This document shows, one piece after another, positions 12,221-25,200 of a DNA stretch of 64,000 nucleotides. This stretch comes from the human T2T-CHM13v2.0 reference genome, Homo sapiens. Position 1 is the stretch's first letter; every line of letters starts with the position of its first letter. The stretch lies in the NCBI RefSeq assembly GCF_009914755.1, contig NC_060940.1; one strand, given 5' to 3'. The notes beneath the pieces are model-generated. The model searched no databases. It was not told the origin of the DNA and was given only the letters and a program-made list of their open reading frames with translations. A program made the translations under genes and the position numbers.

Positions 12221-15200
12221 TTCAATGATTCCATTCGGTTCCATTTGATGATGATTCCGTTCGATTCCATTTCATTATTCCATTTGATTCCATTGGATGA
12301 GTCCATTCGATTACATTCGATGATTATTCCATTCGAGTGCATTAGATGATTGCATTCGAGTCCATTCGATGATTCCATTCGATTCCATTCGATGTTGATT
12401 CTGTTCAAATCCATTCGATGATTCCACTCGATTCCATTCGATGACTCCATTTGATCCCATTCGATGATTTCCTGTGATTCCCTTTGATGATCATTCTATT
12501 TGATTCAATTCGGTGATTTCATTTCATTCCATTCAGTGATGTTTCCATTCGACTGTATTCGATGATGATTCCATTCGACTCCATTCGATTATGATTTCAT
12601 TCAATTCCATTCAATAATGATTCCCTTCGAGTCCATTCGATGATTCCATTCGATTCCATTCATCGATGATTTGATTCGTTTCCATTCGATGATTCCATTT
12701 GATTCCACTTGATGATGATTCCATTCGAGTCCATTTGATGATTCCATTCGAGTCTATTTATGTATTATATTCGTGTCCACTTCATGATTCCATTCAATTC
12801 CATTTAATGTTGATTCCATTTGATTCCATTTGATGATTCAGTTCGATTCCTTGCAATGATTCCCTACGATTCCTTTCTCTGATGATTCCATTCGATTCCA
12901 TTCATTGATGATTTCATTCGACTCCATTCGATGATGATTCCTTTCGATTCCATTTGACGATGTTTCCATTCGAGTCCATTCGATGATGATTCTATTCAAT
13001 TCTGTTCTATTATGATTCCATTCGATTTCATTCAATGCTTCTATTTGATTCCATTCGATGATGATTCCATCTCTTTCCCTTCGATGATTCCATTTGATTC
13101 CATTCAGTGATGATTCCATTTGATTCCATCTGATGATGATTTCACTTGATTCATTTCAATGATGATTCCATTCAAGTCCATTCGATGATTCCATTGGAGT
13201 CCAAACGATCATTCCGTTCGATTCCATTCAATGGTGATTCCATTCATGTCCATTCGATGAATCCATTCAATTCCATTCGATGATGACTCCATTCGAGTAC
13301 ATTCGATGATTCCATTTGATTCCATTTGAAGATGATTCCATTCAATTCCATTCGAAGATGATTCCATTCAATTCCATTCGATGATGATTCCGTATGAATC
13401 CATTCTCTGATTATTCCATTCGATTCCATTCATTGACGATTCCATTCAATTCCATTCAATGATGATTCTCTTCTATTCCATTCGATGATTCCGGTCGATT
13501 CCATTCGATGATGATTCCATTAGATTCCATTCGATTGTTGCATTCGATTCCCTTCGATGATGATTCCTTTGAATTCCATTCGATTATCATTCCGTATGAA
13601 TCCATTTGATGATTATTCCATTGGATTCCTTTCAATGATGATTCCATTCGATTCCATTTGATGATGTTTCTCTTGTATTCCATTGGATAATTCCTTTCAG
13701 TTCCCTTCGATGATTATTCTTTCGAGTCAATTCGATGATTCTATTCCATTCCCTTCGATGATGATTCCATTTCACTCCATTTGATGATTCCATTCGACTC
13801 AATTTGGTGATGATTCAATTCGATGACATTCGATGACTCCATTCAATTTCATTTGATGATGATTACATTCGAGTCCATTTGATGATTGTATTCCTTTCCT
13901 TTTGATGATTATTCCATTCGTGTCTATTCAAAGGTTCCATTCTATTCCATTCAATGATGATTGCATTTGATTCCATTCAATGATTATGGCTGTCGATTCC
14001 ACTCGTTGATTCCATTTGATTCCGTTCGATGATTATTCCGTTAGATTCCATTAGAAGATTCCATTCGATTTTATTCAATGATTCCAATGGATTCCATTCA
14101 ATGATGATTCCATTCGACTCCATTCAGTGATTCCATTCGAGTCCATTTGATGATTCCATTCTTTTCCATTTGATGATGATTCCATTAGGGTCCATTCAAT
14201 GATTCCATTCGAGTCCATTCGTTAATGCCTTTCGAGTCCTTTTGATCACTACATTCGAGTCCATTCAATGATTCTATTCGATTCCATTCCATGATGATTC
14301 CATTCGAGTTCATTCGATGATTGCATTCGAGTCCATTTGATGATTCCATATGATTCCCTTCGACAATGATTTCATTCGTGTCCATTTGATGATTCCATTC
14401 ATTTCCTATCGATTCAAGTGTATTCGATGATTCCATTCAAATCCATTCGATGATGATTCCATTCCAGTCCATTCGATCATTCCACTTGATTCCATTTGAT
14501 GACTATTCCATTCAAATCCATTTGATGATTCCATTCGATTCCATTCGATGTTACCATTCGAGTATATACGATGATTCCACTCGATTCCATTTGATGATTA
14601 TTCCATTGGAGTCCACTTAGTGAATCCTTTAGATTCTACTCGAAGATGATTCCATTCGAGTCCATTCGATGATACCATTCAATTCCATTCGTTGATGCTT
14701 CAATTCAAGTGCATTCGATGATATCATTCGATTCCATTTGATGATAATTCCATTTGATTGCATGCGATGATTCTATTCGATTCCATTCAATGATAATTCC
14801 ATTCAATTCAGTGATTCCTCTGGACTCCATTTGATGATGATTCCATTCAATGATTCCATTCGATTCTATTCGAAAATGATTCCATTTGAATCCATTTGAT
14901 GATGATTCCATTAGATTCCATTTGATGATTCCATTCGATTCCATTCGATGATGATTCCATTCGATTCCTTTTGATGATTCCATTCTATTGTATTCGATGA
15001 TGATTCCATTCGATTCCATTCGATGATGATTGGATTCGATTCCATTTGATGATTTCATTTGATTCCATTCGATAATGATTTCGATCAATTCCATTCGATG
15101 ATTCCATTCGATTCCATTCGATAATGATTACATCCGAGTCCATTCGATGATTCCATTTGAGCCCGTTCGATAATTCCATTTGAGTCCAATCAATGATTCC

Positions 15201-16336
15201 ATTCATTTCCATTCAATGATTCCATTCGAGTCCATTTGATCATTCCGGTAAGGTCCGTTCGATGTTGATTCCATTGGAGTGCATTCGATGATTCCATTCG
15301 AGTCCATTTTAGGATTTGATTCGAGTCCTTTCGATGATTCCATTCGATTCCACTCGATGATTTCATTCGAGTCCATTCGACACTTCCAATCGATTCCATT
15401 TGATGTTTCCATTCGATTCCAATTGATGATTCCATTCAATTCCATTCGATGATGATTCCGTACGATTCCATTCTGTGATGATTCCATGTGATTGCATTCA
15501 ATGATGATTCCTTTCGATTGCATTCGATTATGATTCATTTCGTGTTCATTCTATGGTTCCACAGGTTTCCATTCGATGATGTTTCCATTCGTGTCCATTC
15601 CATGATTCCATTCTATTCCATTTGAAGATGATTCCATTCGATTCCGTTCATTGGTGATTCCACTCAATTCCATTCAATGATTCCATTCCATTTCTTTCAA
15701 CAATGATTCCATTAGTTTCTATTCGATGATCCACTTGATTCCATTTGACGATGATTCCATTCGTGTCCATTCGATGATTCCATTTGATTCCATATGATGA
15801 TGATTCCATTCGATTCCATACGATGATGATTCCATTCGAGTCCATTCAATGGTGATTCCATTCAATTCCATTCGATGATTCCTTTCGATTCCATTCAATG
15901 ATGATGGCATTCAATTCCTTTCGATCATTCCCTTTGATTCCATTCAAAGGTGATTTCATTCAAGTCCATTCGATAATTGCATTCGATTCCATTCTATGAT
16001 GATTCCATTCGAGTCCATTTGATGATTCCATTCAATTCAAGTCAATGATGATTCCATTCGATTCCACTCGATGATTCCATTGGATTCCATTCGATGATGA
16101 TTCCATTCAAATCCATTCGATAATTCAATTCAAGTCCATTCGATGATGATTCCGATCGAATCCATTCAAAGATTCCACTCAATTCCATTCGATGATGATT
16201 CCCTTAGATTCCATTCGATGATTCCACTTGATTCCATTTACGATGATTCCATTCGATTCCATGTGATGATTCCATTCAATTCTATTCAATGATGTTTCCA
16301 CTTGATTCCATTCGAACATGATTGCCTTTGATACCA
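12221..16336 (+). repeat. Short variant unit U3 (4116 bp) containing the alternative 1.82-kb block
   Basis: Anchors at 12221 and 16337; MNHNRMQSKG ORF marker ends at 11422 and 15538, also 4116 apart. Confidence 0.88.
12750..14569 (+). repeat. Alternative ~1.82-kb HSat2 block, copy 1
   Basis: Starts agtctatttatgtattatattcgtgtccac and ends ttaccattcgagtatatac. Landmarks ccttgcaatgattccctacg, ccgtatgaatcc and ccttttgatcactac are not seen in the standard unit. Replaces U1-equivalent ~555-4387. Confidence 0.85.
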
Positions 16337-19300
16337 TTCAATGATTCCATACGGTTCCATTTGATGATGATTCCATTCGAGTGCATTAGATGATTCCATT
16401 CGAGTCCATTCGATGATTCCATTCGATTCCATTCGATGTTGATTCTGTTCAAATCCATTCGATGATTCCACTCGATTCCATTCGATGACTCCATTTGATC
16501 CCATTCGATGATTTCCTTTGATTCCCTTTGATGATCATTCCATTTGATTCAATTCGGTGATTTTATTTGATTCCATTCAGTGATGTTTCCATTCAACTCC
16601 TTTCGATGATGATTCCATTCGACTCCATTCGATTATGATTTCATGCAATTCCATTCGATAATGATTCCCTTCAAGTCCATTCGATGATTCCATTCGATTC
16701 CATTCAACGATGATTTGATTCGTGTCCATTCGATGATTCCATTTGATTCCATTTGATGATGATTCCATTCGAGTCCCTTTGATGATTCCATTCAATTCCA
16801 TTCTCCGATGATTTCTTTTGAGCCCATTCAATGCTTCCACTCGATTCCATATGATGATGACCCCATTTGATGAAATTCCATGATGATTCCATTCGCTTGC
16901 ATTCGATGATGATTCCACTTGAGTCCGTTAGAAGATTCTATTCAATTACATTCCATGACGATTCTGTTCGAGTCCATTTGATGATTCCATTAGACTCCAT
17001 TCGACGATGATTCCATTCGATGTTATTCGATGATGATTCCATTCAACTCCATTCGATGTTTCCATTCGAGTTCATTCTATTATTCCATTAGATTCCATTC
17101 GATGATGATTCCATTCGATTCCATTTGATGATTGCATTCTATTTCATTTGATGATGATTCCATTCGAGTCCATTCGATGATTCCATTCGAGTCCATTTAA
17201 TGAATCCATTGGTTTCAATTCTATGATGATTACATTGGATTCCATTCGTTGATGATTTCATTCGATTCCATTCAATGATGATTCCATTCAATTCCATTCA
17301 ATGATTCCACTGAATTCCATACGATGATGATTCCATTTGATTTGATTCGACAGTGAGCCATTCGATTCAATTCCATGATGATTCTATTTGATTCAATTGG
17401 TTGACATTTCCATTCGATTCCATTCGATGATGATTCCATTTGATTCCATTCAAAGATGATTCCATTCTAGCCCATTCAATCATTCCATTCGATTCTATTC
17501 AATGATGATTCCATTCATGTCGATTTGGTGATTCCATTTGACTTCATTTGATGATGATTCCTTTCAAGTTCATTAGATGATTCCATTCGATTCCATTTGA
17601 TGATGATCCCATTCGAGTCTATTCAGTGATTCCACTCGTTTCCATTCCATGATGATTCCATTCCATTCCATTCAATGATTCCATTCGATTCCGTTTGATG
17701 ATGATTTCATTCGAGTCCATTTGATGATTCCATTTGATTCCATTTGATGATGATTACATTCGAGTCCATACGATGATTCCACTCAATTCCATATGATGAT
17801 GATTCCATTCGATTCCATTCGATGATTCCAGTCTATTCTATTCAATGGTGATTCCATTCGAGTACATTAGATGATTCCATTCGATTCCATTCAATGATGA
17901 TTCTATTTGTGTCCCTTAGATGGTTCCACATGATTCCATTTCATGATGATACTATTTGAGCCCATCCAATGATTCCCTTCGATTCCATTCGATGAGGATT
18001 CCATTCGATTCAATTCATTGGTGATTCTATTCAATTCAATTCTTTGATTCCATTCCATTCCATTCGACAATGATTCCATTCGATTTCCTTCGATGATTCC
18101 ACTCCATTCCACTTGACATTGATTCCATTCGATTCCATTCAATGATTCCGTTTCATTCCAGTGGATGATGATTGCCATCGATTCCATTCGATCACTCCAT
18201 TCTATTCCATTTGATGATGATTACATTCGATTCCATTTGATGATTCCATCTGATTCTATTCGAGGATTCCATTTGATTCCATTCGATGATGATTCCATTC
18301 GAGTGCATTTGATGATTTCATTCGAGTACATCCAATGATTCCATTCGAGTCCATTTGATGATTCCATTTGATTCCATTTGATTATGATTCTACTAGAGTC
18401 CATTCAATGACTCCCTTCGAATCCATTCAACAATTCCATTCAAGGCCATTCGATGATTCCATTTCATGATTCCATTCGAGTCCATTTAATCATTACAGTC
18501 GAGTCCATTTGGTGATTCCACTGGATTTCTTTTGATAATGATACCATTCAATTACATTTGATGATGATCCCATTCAATTTCATTTGATGGTGATTCCATT
18601 AGAGTCCATTCGATGATTTCATTCGAGTCCCTTCATTGATTCCATCCGATTTCATTGGATGATGACTCCATTCGAGTCCATTCGATGATTCCACTCGATT
18701 CCATTAGATGATTCCATTGGAGTCCATTTGATTGTTCCATTCGATTCTATTCGATTCCTTTCGAAGATTATTCCATTTGAGTCCATTCGATGATGATTCC
18801 ATTCCATTCCATTCGATGATTCCGTTTGATTCCATTCGATGATTCCCTTCGATTCCTTTCTTTGATGATTCCATTCCATTCCACTCAATGATTCCATTCG
18901 AATCTATTCCATGATGATTCCTTTCGATTCCATTCGCTGATGTTTCCGTTCAATTCCATTCGATGATGATTCCATTCGATTCCATTCATTGAGGATTCCA
19001 TTTGATTCCATTCAATGATGATTCCATTCTATTCCATTCAATGATTGCATTCAATTCCATTCAATGATTATCCCCTTAGAGTAAACTCAACGATTCCATT
19101 CAATACCATTCGATGATGATTCCTTTTGAGTCCATTCAATGATTTCATTCAAGTCCATTTGACGATTCCTTTCAATTCCCTTCTATGATGATTCACTTCT
19201 CGTCCATTGGATGATTCCATTTCATTCCATTCGATGATGATTCCATTCGATTCCATTCGATGATTCCGTTCGATTGCATTCGATGATTCCATTATATTCC

Positions 19301-22222
19301 AGTCAACGATGATTCCATTCGAGTCCATTCGATGATTCCTTTAGAGTACATTTAATGATTGCTTTGTTTTCAATTCGAAGATGATTACATTGGATTCCAT
19401 TCTATGATACCATTCGATTCCATTCAATGATGATTCCACTCAAATCCATTGGATGATTCCATTCGTGTCCATTCGGTGATTTCATTAGATTCCATTCGAG
19501 GATGATTCCATTCGATTCCATTCGATGATTCCATTCAATTCCATTCGATGATGATTCCATTCCAGTCCATATGATCATTCCATTTGATTTCATTCGATGA
19601 TGATTCCATTCGATTCCATTCGATGATTCCATTCTATTCCATTCGATGATGATTCCATTCGAGTCCATTCGATGATTCCATTCGAGTCCATTTAATGATT
19701 CCATTGGGTTCAATTCAATGATGATTACATTGGATTCCGTTCTATGATTCCATTCAATTCCGTTCATTGACAATTTGATTCCATTCGATGATGATTCCAT
19801 TTGAGTTCATTCGATGATTCTATTCGATTCTCTTCGATGGTGATTCAATTCTATTATATTGGATGATTCCATTCGATTCCATTTGATGTTGATTCAATTC
19901 GATTCTATTCGATGATGATTCCATTGGATTTCACTTGATGATTCTATTCGATTCCATTCAATGATGATTCACTTCTCGTCCATTGGATGATTCCATTTCA
20001 TTCCATTCGATGATGATTCCATTCGATTCCATTCGATGATTCCATTTGATTCCATGCGTCGGTGAGCAATTCGATTCAATTCCATGATGATTCTATTTGA
20101 TTCAATTAGATGATGTTTCCATTCGAATCCATTCCATGATTATTCCATTGGAATCCATTCGGCGATGATTCCATATGAGTCAATTCAATGATGATTCCAT
20201 ATGGGTCCGTTCGATGATAATTCCATTTGATTTCATTCGGTGCTTCTATTCAATTCCAGTCGATGATGATTCCGTTGGAGTCCATACGATGATTCCATTT
20301 GATTTCATTTGATGATGATTCCATTCGATGATGATTACATTGGATTCCATTCTATGATTCCATTCAATTCCATTCGTTGATGATTCGATTCCATTCAATG
20401 ATGATTCCATTTGAGTTCATTCGATGATTCTATTCGATTCCGTTCGATGGTGATTCAATTCTCTTATATTGGATGAATCCACTCGATTCCATTTGATGAT
20501 TATTCCATTGGAGTCCACTTAGTGAATCCTTCAGATTCTACTCGAAGATGATTCCATTCAAGTCCATTCGATGATACCATTCAATTCCATTCGTTGATGC
20601 TTCCATTCAAGTGCATTCGATGATATCATTCGATTCCATTTGATGATAATTCCATTTGATTCCATGCGATGATTCTATTCGATTCCATTCAATGATAATT
20701 CCATTCAGTTCAGTGATTCCTCTGGACTCCATTTGATGATGATTCCATTCAATGATTCCATTCGATTCTATTCGAAAATGATTCCATTTGAATCCATTTG
20801 ATGATGATTCCATTAGATTCCATTTGGTGATTCCATTCGATTCCATGCGACGATGATTCCATTCGATTCCATGTGATGATTCCATTCTATTCTATTCGAT
20901 GATGATTCCATTCGATTCCATTCGATGATGATTGGATTCGATTCCATTTGATTATTTCATTTGATTCCATTCGTTAATGATTTCGATCAACTCCATTCGA
21001 TGATTCCATTCGATTCCATTCGATAATGATTACATCCGTGTCCATTCAGTGATTCCATTTGAGCCCGTTCAATAATTCCATTTGAGTCCAACCAATGATT
21101 CCATTCATTTCCATTCAATGATTCCATTCGAGTCCATTTGATCATTCCGGTAGGGTCCATTCGATGTTGATTCCATTGGAGTGCATTCGATGATTCCATT
21201 CGAGTCTATTTTATGATTTGATTCGAGTCCTTTCGATGATTCCATTCGATTCCACTCGATGATGATTTCATTCGAGTCCATTCGACACTTCCAATCGATT
21301 CCATTTGATGTTTCCATTCGAGTCCAATTGATGATTCCATTCAATTCCATTCGATGATGATTCCGTACGATTCCATTCTGTGATGATTCCATGTGATTGC
21401 ATTCAATGATGATTCCTTTAGATTGCATTCGATTGTGATTCATTTCGTCTTCATTCTATGGTTCCACAGGTTTCCATTCATGTCCATTCCATTATTCCAT
21501 TCTATTCCATTTGATGATGATTCCATTCGATTCCATTCATTGGTGATTCCACTCAATTCCATTCAATGATTCCATTCCATTTCTTTCAACAATGATTCCA
21601 TTAGTTTCTAATCGATGATCCACTTGATTCCATTTGACGACGATTCCATTCTTGTCCATTCGATGATTCCATTTGATTCCATATGATGATGATTCCATTC
21701 GATTCCATACCATGATGATTCCATTCGAGTCCATTCAATGGTGATTCCATTCAATTCCATTCGATGATTCCTTTCGATTCCATTCGATGATGATGGCATT
21801 CGATTCCTTTCAATCATTCCCTTTGATTCCATTCAAAGGTGATTTCATTCAAGTCCATTCGATAATTGCATTCGATTCCATTCTATGATGATTCCATTCG
21901 AGTCCATTTGATGATTCCATTCAATTCAAGTCAATGATGATTCCATTCGATTCCATTCGATGATTCCATTGGATTCCATTCGATGATGATTCCATTCAAA
22001 TCCATTCGATAATTCAATTCAAGTCCATTCGATGATGATTAAAATCGAATCCATTCAAAGATTCCATTCAGTTCCATTCGATGATTCCCTTAGATTCTAT
22101 TCGATGATTCCACTTGATTCCATTTACGATGATTCCATTCGATTCCATGTGATGATTCCATTCAATTCTATTCAATGCTGTTTCCATTTGATTCCATTCG
22201 ACCATGATTGCCTTTGATTCCA
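16337..22222 (+). repeat. Higher-order unit U4 (5886 bp = 6112 -72 -23 -170 -10 +49)
   Basis: Deletions at ~16370, ~17030, ~17755 and ~18460; insertion at ~19190. Sum matches anchors 16337 and 22223. Confidence 0.88.
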
Positions 22223-25200
22223 TTCAATGACTCCATTCGGTTCCCTTTGATGATGATTCCGTTCGATTCCATTTCATTATTCCATTTGATTCCATTGGAT
22301 GAGTCCATTCGATTACATTCGATGATTATTCCATTCGAGTGCATTAGATGATTCCATTCGAGTCCATTCGATGATTCCATTCGATGTTGATTCTGTTCAA
22401 ATCCATTCGATGATTCCACTCGATTCCATTCGATGACTCCAGTTGATCCCATTCGATGATTTCCTTTGATTCCCTTTGATGATCATTCCATTTGATTCAA
22501 TTCGGTGATTTCATTTGATTCCATTCAGTGATGTTTCCATTCGACTCCATTCGATGATGATTCCATTCGACTCCATTCGATTATGATTTCATTCAATTCC
22601 ATTCGATAATGATTCCCTTCGAGTCCATTCGATGATTCCATTCGATTCCATTCAACGATGATTTGATTCGTGTCCATTCGATGATTCCATTTGATTCCAC
22701 TTGATGATGATTCCATTCGAGTCCATTTGATGATTCCATTCAATTCCATTCTCCGATGATTTCTTTTGAGCCCATTCAATGCTTCCACTCGATTCCATAT
22801 GATGATGACTCCATTCGATGAAATTCGATGATGATTCCATTCGCTTGCATTCGATGATGATTCCACTTGAGTCCATTAGAAGATTCTATTCAATTACATT
22901 CCATGACGATTCCGTTCGAGTCCATTTGATGATTCCATTAGACTCCATTCGACGATGATTCCATTCGATGTTATTCGATGATTCCATTCGATCTCATTCG
23001 ATGATGATTCCATTCAACTCCATTCGATGTTTCCATTCGAGTTCATTCTATTATTCCATTAGATTCCATTCGATGATGATTCCATTCGATTCCATTTGAT
23101 GATTGCATTCTATTTCATTTGATGATGATTCCATTCGAGTCCACTCGATGATTCCATTCGAGTCCATTTAATGAATCCATTGGTTTCAATTCTATGATGA
23201 TTACATTGGATTACATTCGTTGATGATTTCATTCGGATCCATTCAATGATGATTCCATTCAATTCCTTTCAATGTTTCCATTCAATTCCATACGATGATG
23301 ATTCCATTTGATTTGATTCGACAGTGAGCCATTCGATTCAATTCCATGATGATTCTATTTGATTCAATTGGTTGACATTTACATTCGATTCCATTCGATG
23401 ATGATTCCCTTTGATTCCGTTCAAAGATGATTCCATTCTAGCCCATTCAATCATTCCATTCGATTCTATTCAATGATGATTCCATTCATGTCGATTTGGT
23501 GATTCCATTTGACTTCATTTGATGATGATTCCTTTCAAGTTCATTAGATGATTCCATTCGATTCCATTTGATGATGATCCCATTCGAGTCCATTCAGTGA
23601 TTCCACTCGTTTCCATTCCATGATGATTCCATTCCATTCCATTCAATGATTCCATTCGATTCCGTTTGATGATGATTTCATTCGAGTCCATTTGATGATT
23701 CCATTTGATTCCATTCGATGATGATTCCATTCGAGTCCATTCGATGATTCTATTCGAATCCATTTGATGATTTCTTTTGATTATAGTTGGTGATGATTCC
23801 ATTGGAGTCCATTCAATGATTCCATTTGATTCCAATCGATGGTGATTCCATTAGAGTCCATTTAATGATTCCATTTGATTCCAGTCTCTGATGATTACAT
23901 TCGAGTCCATACGATGATTCCACTGAATTCCATATGATGATGATTCCATTCGATTCCATTCGATGATTCCATTCTATTCTATTCAATGGTGATTCCATTC
24001 GAGTACATTAGATGATTCCATTCGATTCCATTCAATGATGATTCTATTTGTGTCCCTTAGATGATTCCACATGATTCCATTAGATGATGATACTATTTGA
24101 GCCCATCCAATGATTCCCTTCGATTCCATTCGATGAGGATTCCATTCGATTCAATTCATTGGTGATTCTATTCAATTCAATTCTTTGATTCCATTCCATT
24201 CCATTCGACAATGATTCCATTCGATTTCTTTCGATGATTCCACTCGATTCCACTTGACATTGATTCCATTCGATTCCATTCAATGATTCCATTTGATTCC
24301 AGTGGATGATGATTGCCATCGATTCCATTCGATCACTCCATTCTATTCCATTTGATGATGATTACATTCGATTCCATTTGACGACTCCATCTGATTCTAT
24401 TCGAGGATTCCATTTGATTCCATTCGATGATGATTCCATTCGAGTCCATTCGATGATTTCATTCGAGTACATCCAATGATTCCATTCGAGTCCATTTGAT
24501 GATTCCATTTGATTCCATTTGATAATGATTCTACTAGAGTCCATTCAATGACTCCATTCGTGTCCATTCAACAATTCCATTCGACTCCATTTGATGATTC
24601 CATTCGATTCCATTTGATGGTTCCATTCGAGTCCATTTAATCATTACAGTCGAGTCCATTTGGTGATTCCACCGGATTTCTTTTGATAATGATACCATAC
24701 AATTAAATTTGATGATGATCCCATTCAATTTCATTTGATGATGATTCCATTAGAGTCCATTCGATGATTTCATTCGAGTCCCTTCACTGATTCCATCCGA
24801 TTTCATTGGATGATGACTCCATTCGAGTCCATTCGATGATTCCACTCGATTCCATTAGATGATTCCATTGGAGTCCATTTGATTGTTCCATTCGATTCCA
24901 TTCGATTCCTTTCGAAGATTATTCCATTTGAGTCCATTCGATGATGATTCCATTCCATTCCATTCGATGATTCCGTTTGATTCCATTCAATGATTCCCTT
25001 CGATTCCTCTCTTTGATGATTCCATTCCATTCCATTCAATGATTCCATTCGAATCTATTCCATGATGATTCCTTTCGATTCCATTCGCTGATGTTTCCGT
25101 TCAATTCCATTCGATGATGATTCCATTCGATTCCATTCATTGAGGATTCCATTTGATTCCATTAAATGATGATTCCGTTCTATTCCATTCAATGATTGCA

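Noticed and set aside
12751-12772. AT-rich tatttatgtattatatt at the block start as a TATA box
   Set aside because: Poor consensus match, explicable as a decayed monomer.
14070-14075. Minus-strand AATAAA in the alternative block (also 30170-30175)
   Set aside because: A hexamer expected by chance in AT-rich DNA; no transcript evidence.
12750-14569. Alternative block as a mobile element insertion
   Set aside because: It is itself HSat2, replaces sequence rather than inserting, and has no TSD, terminal repeats or poly(A) tail.
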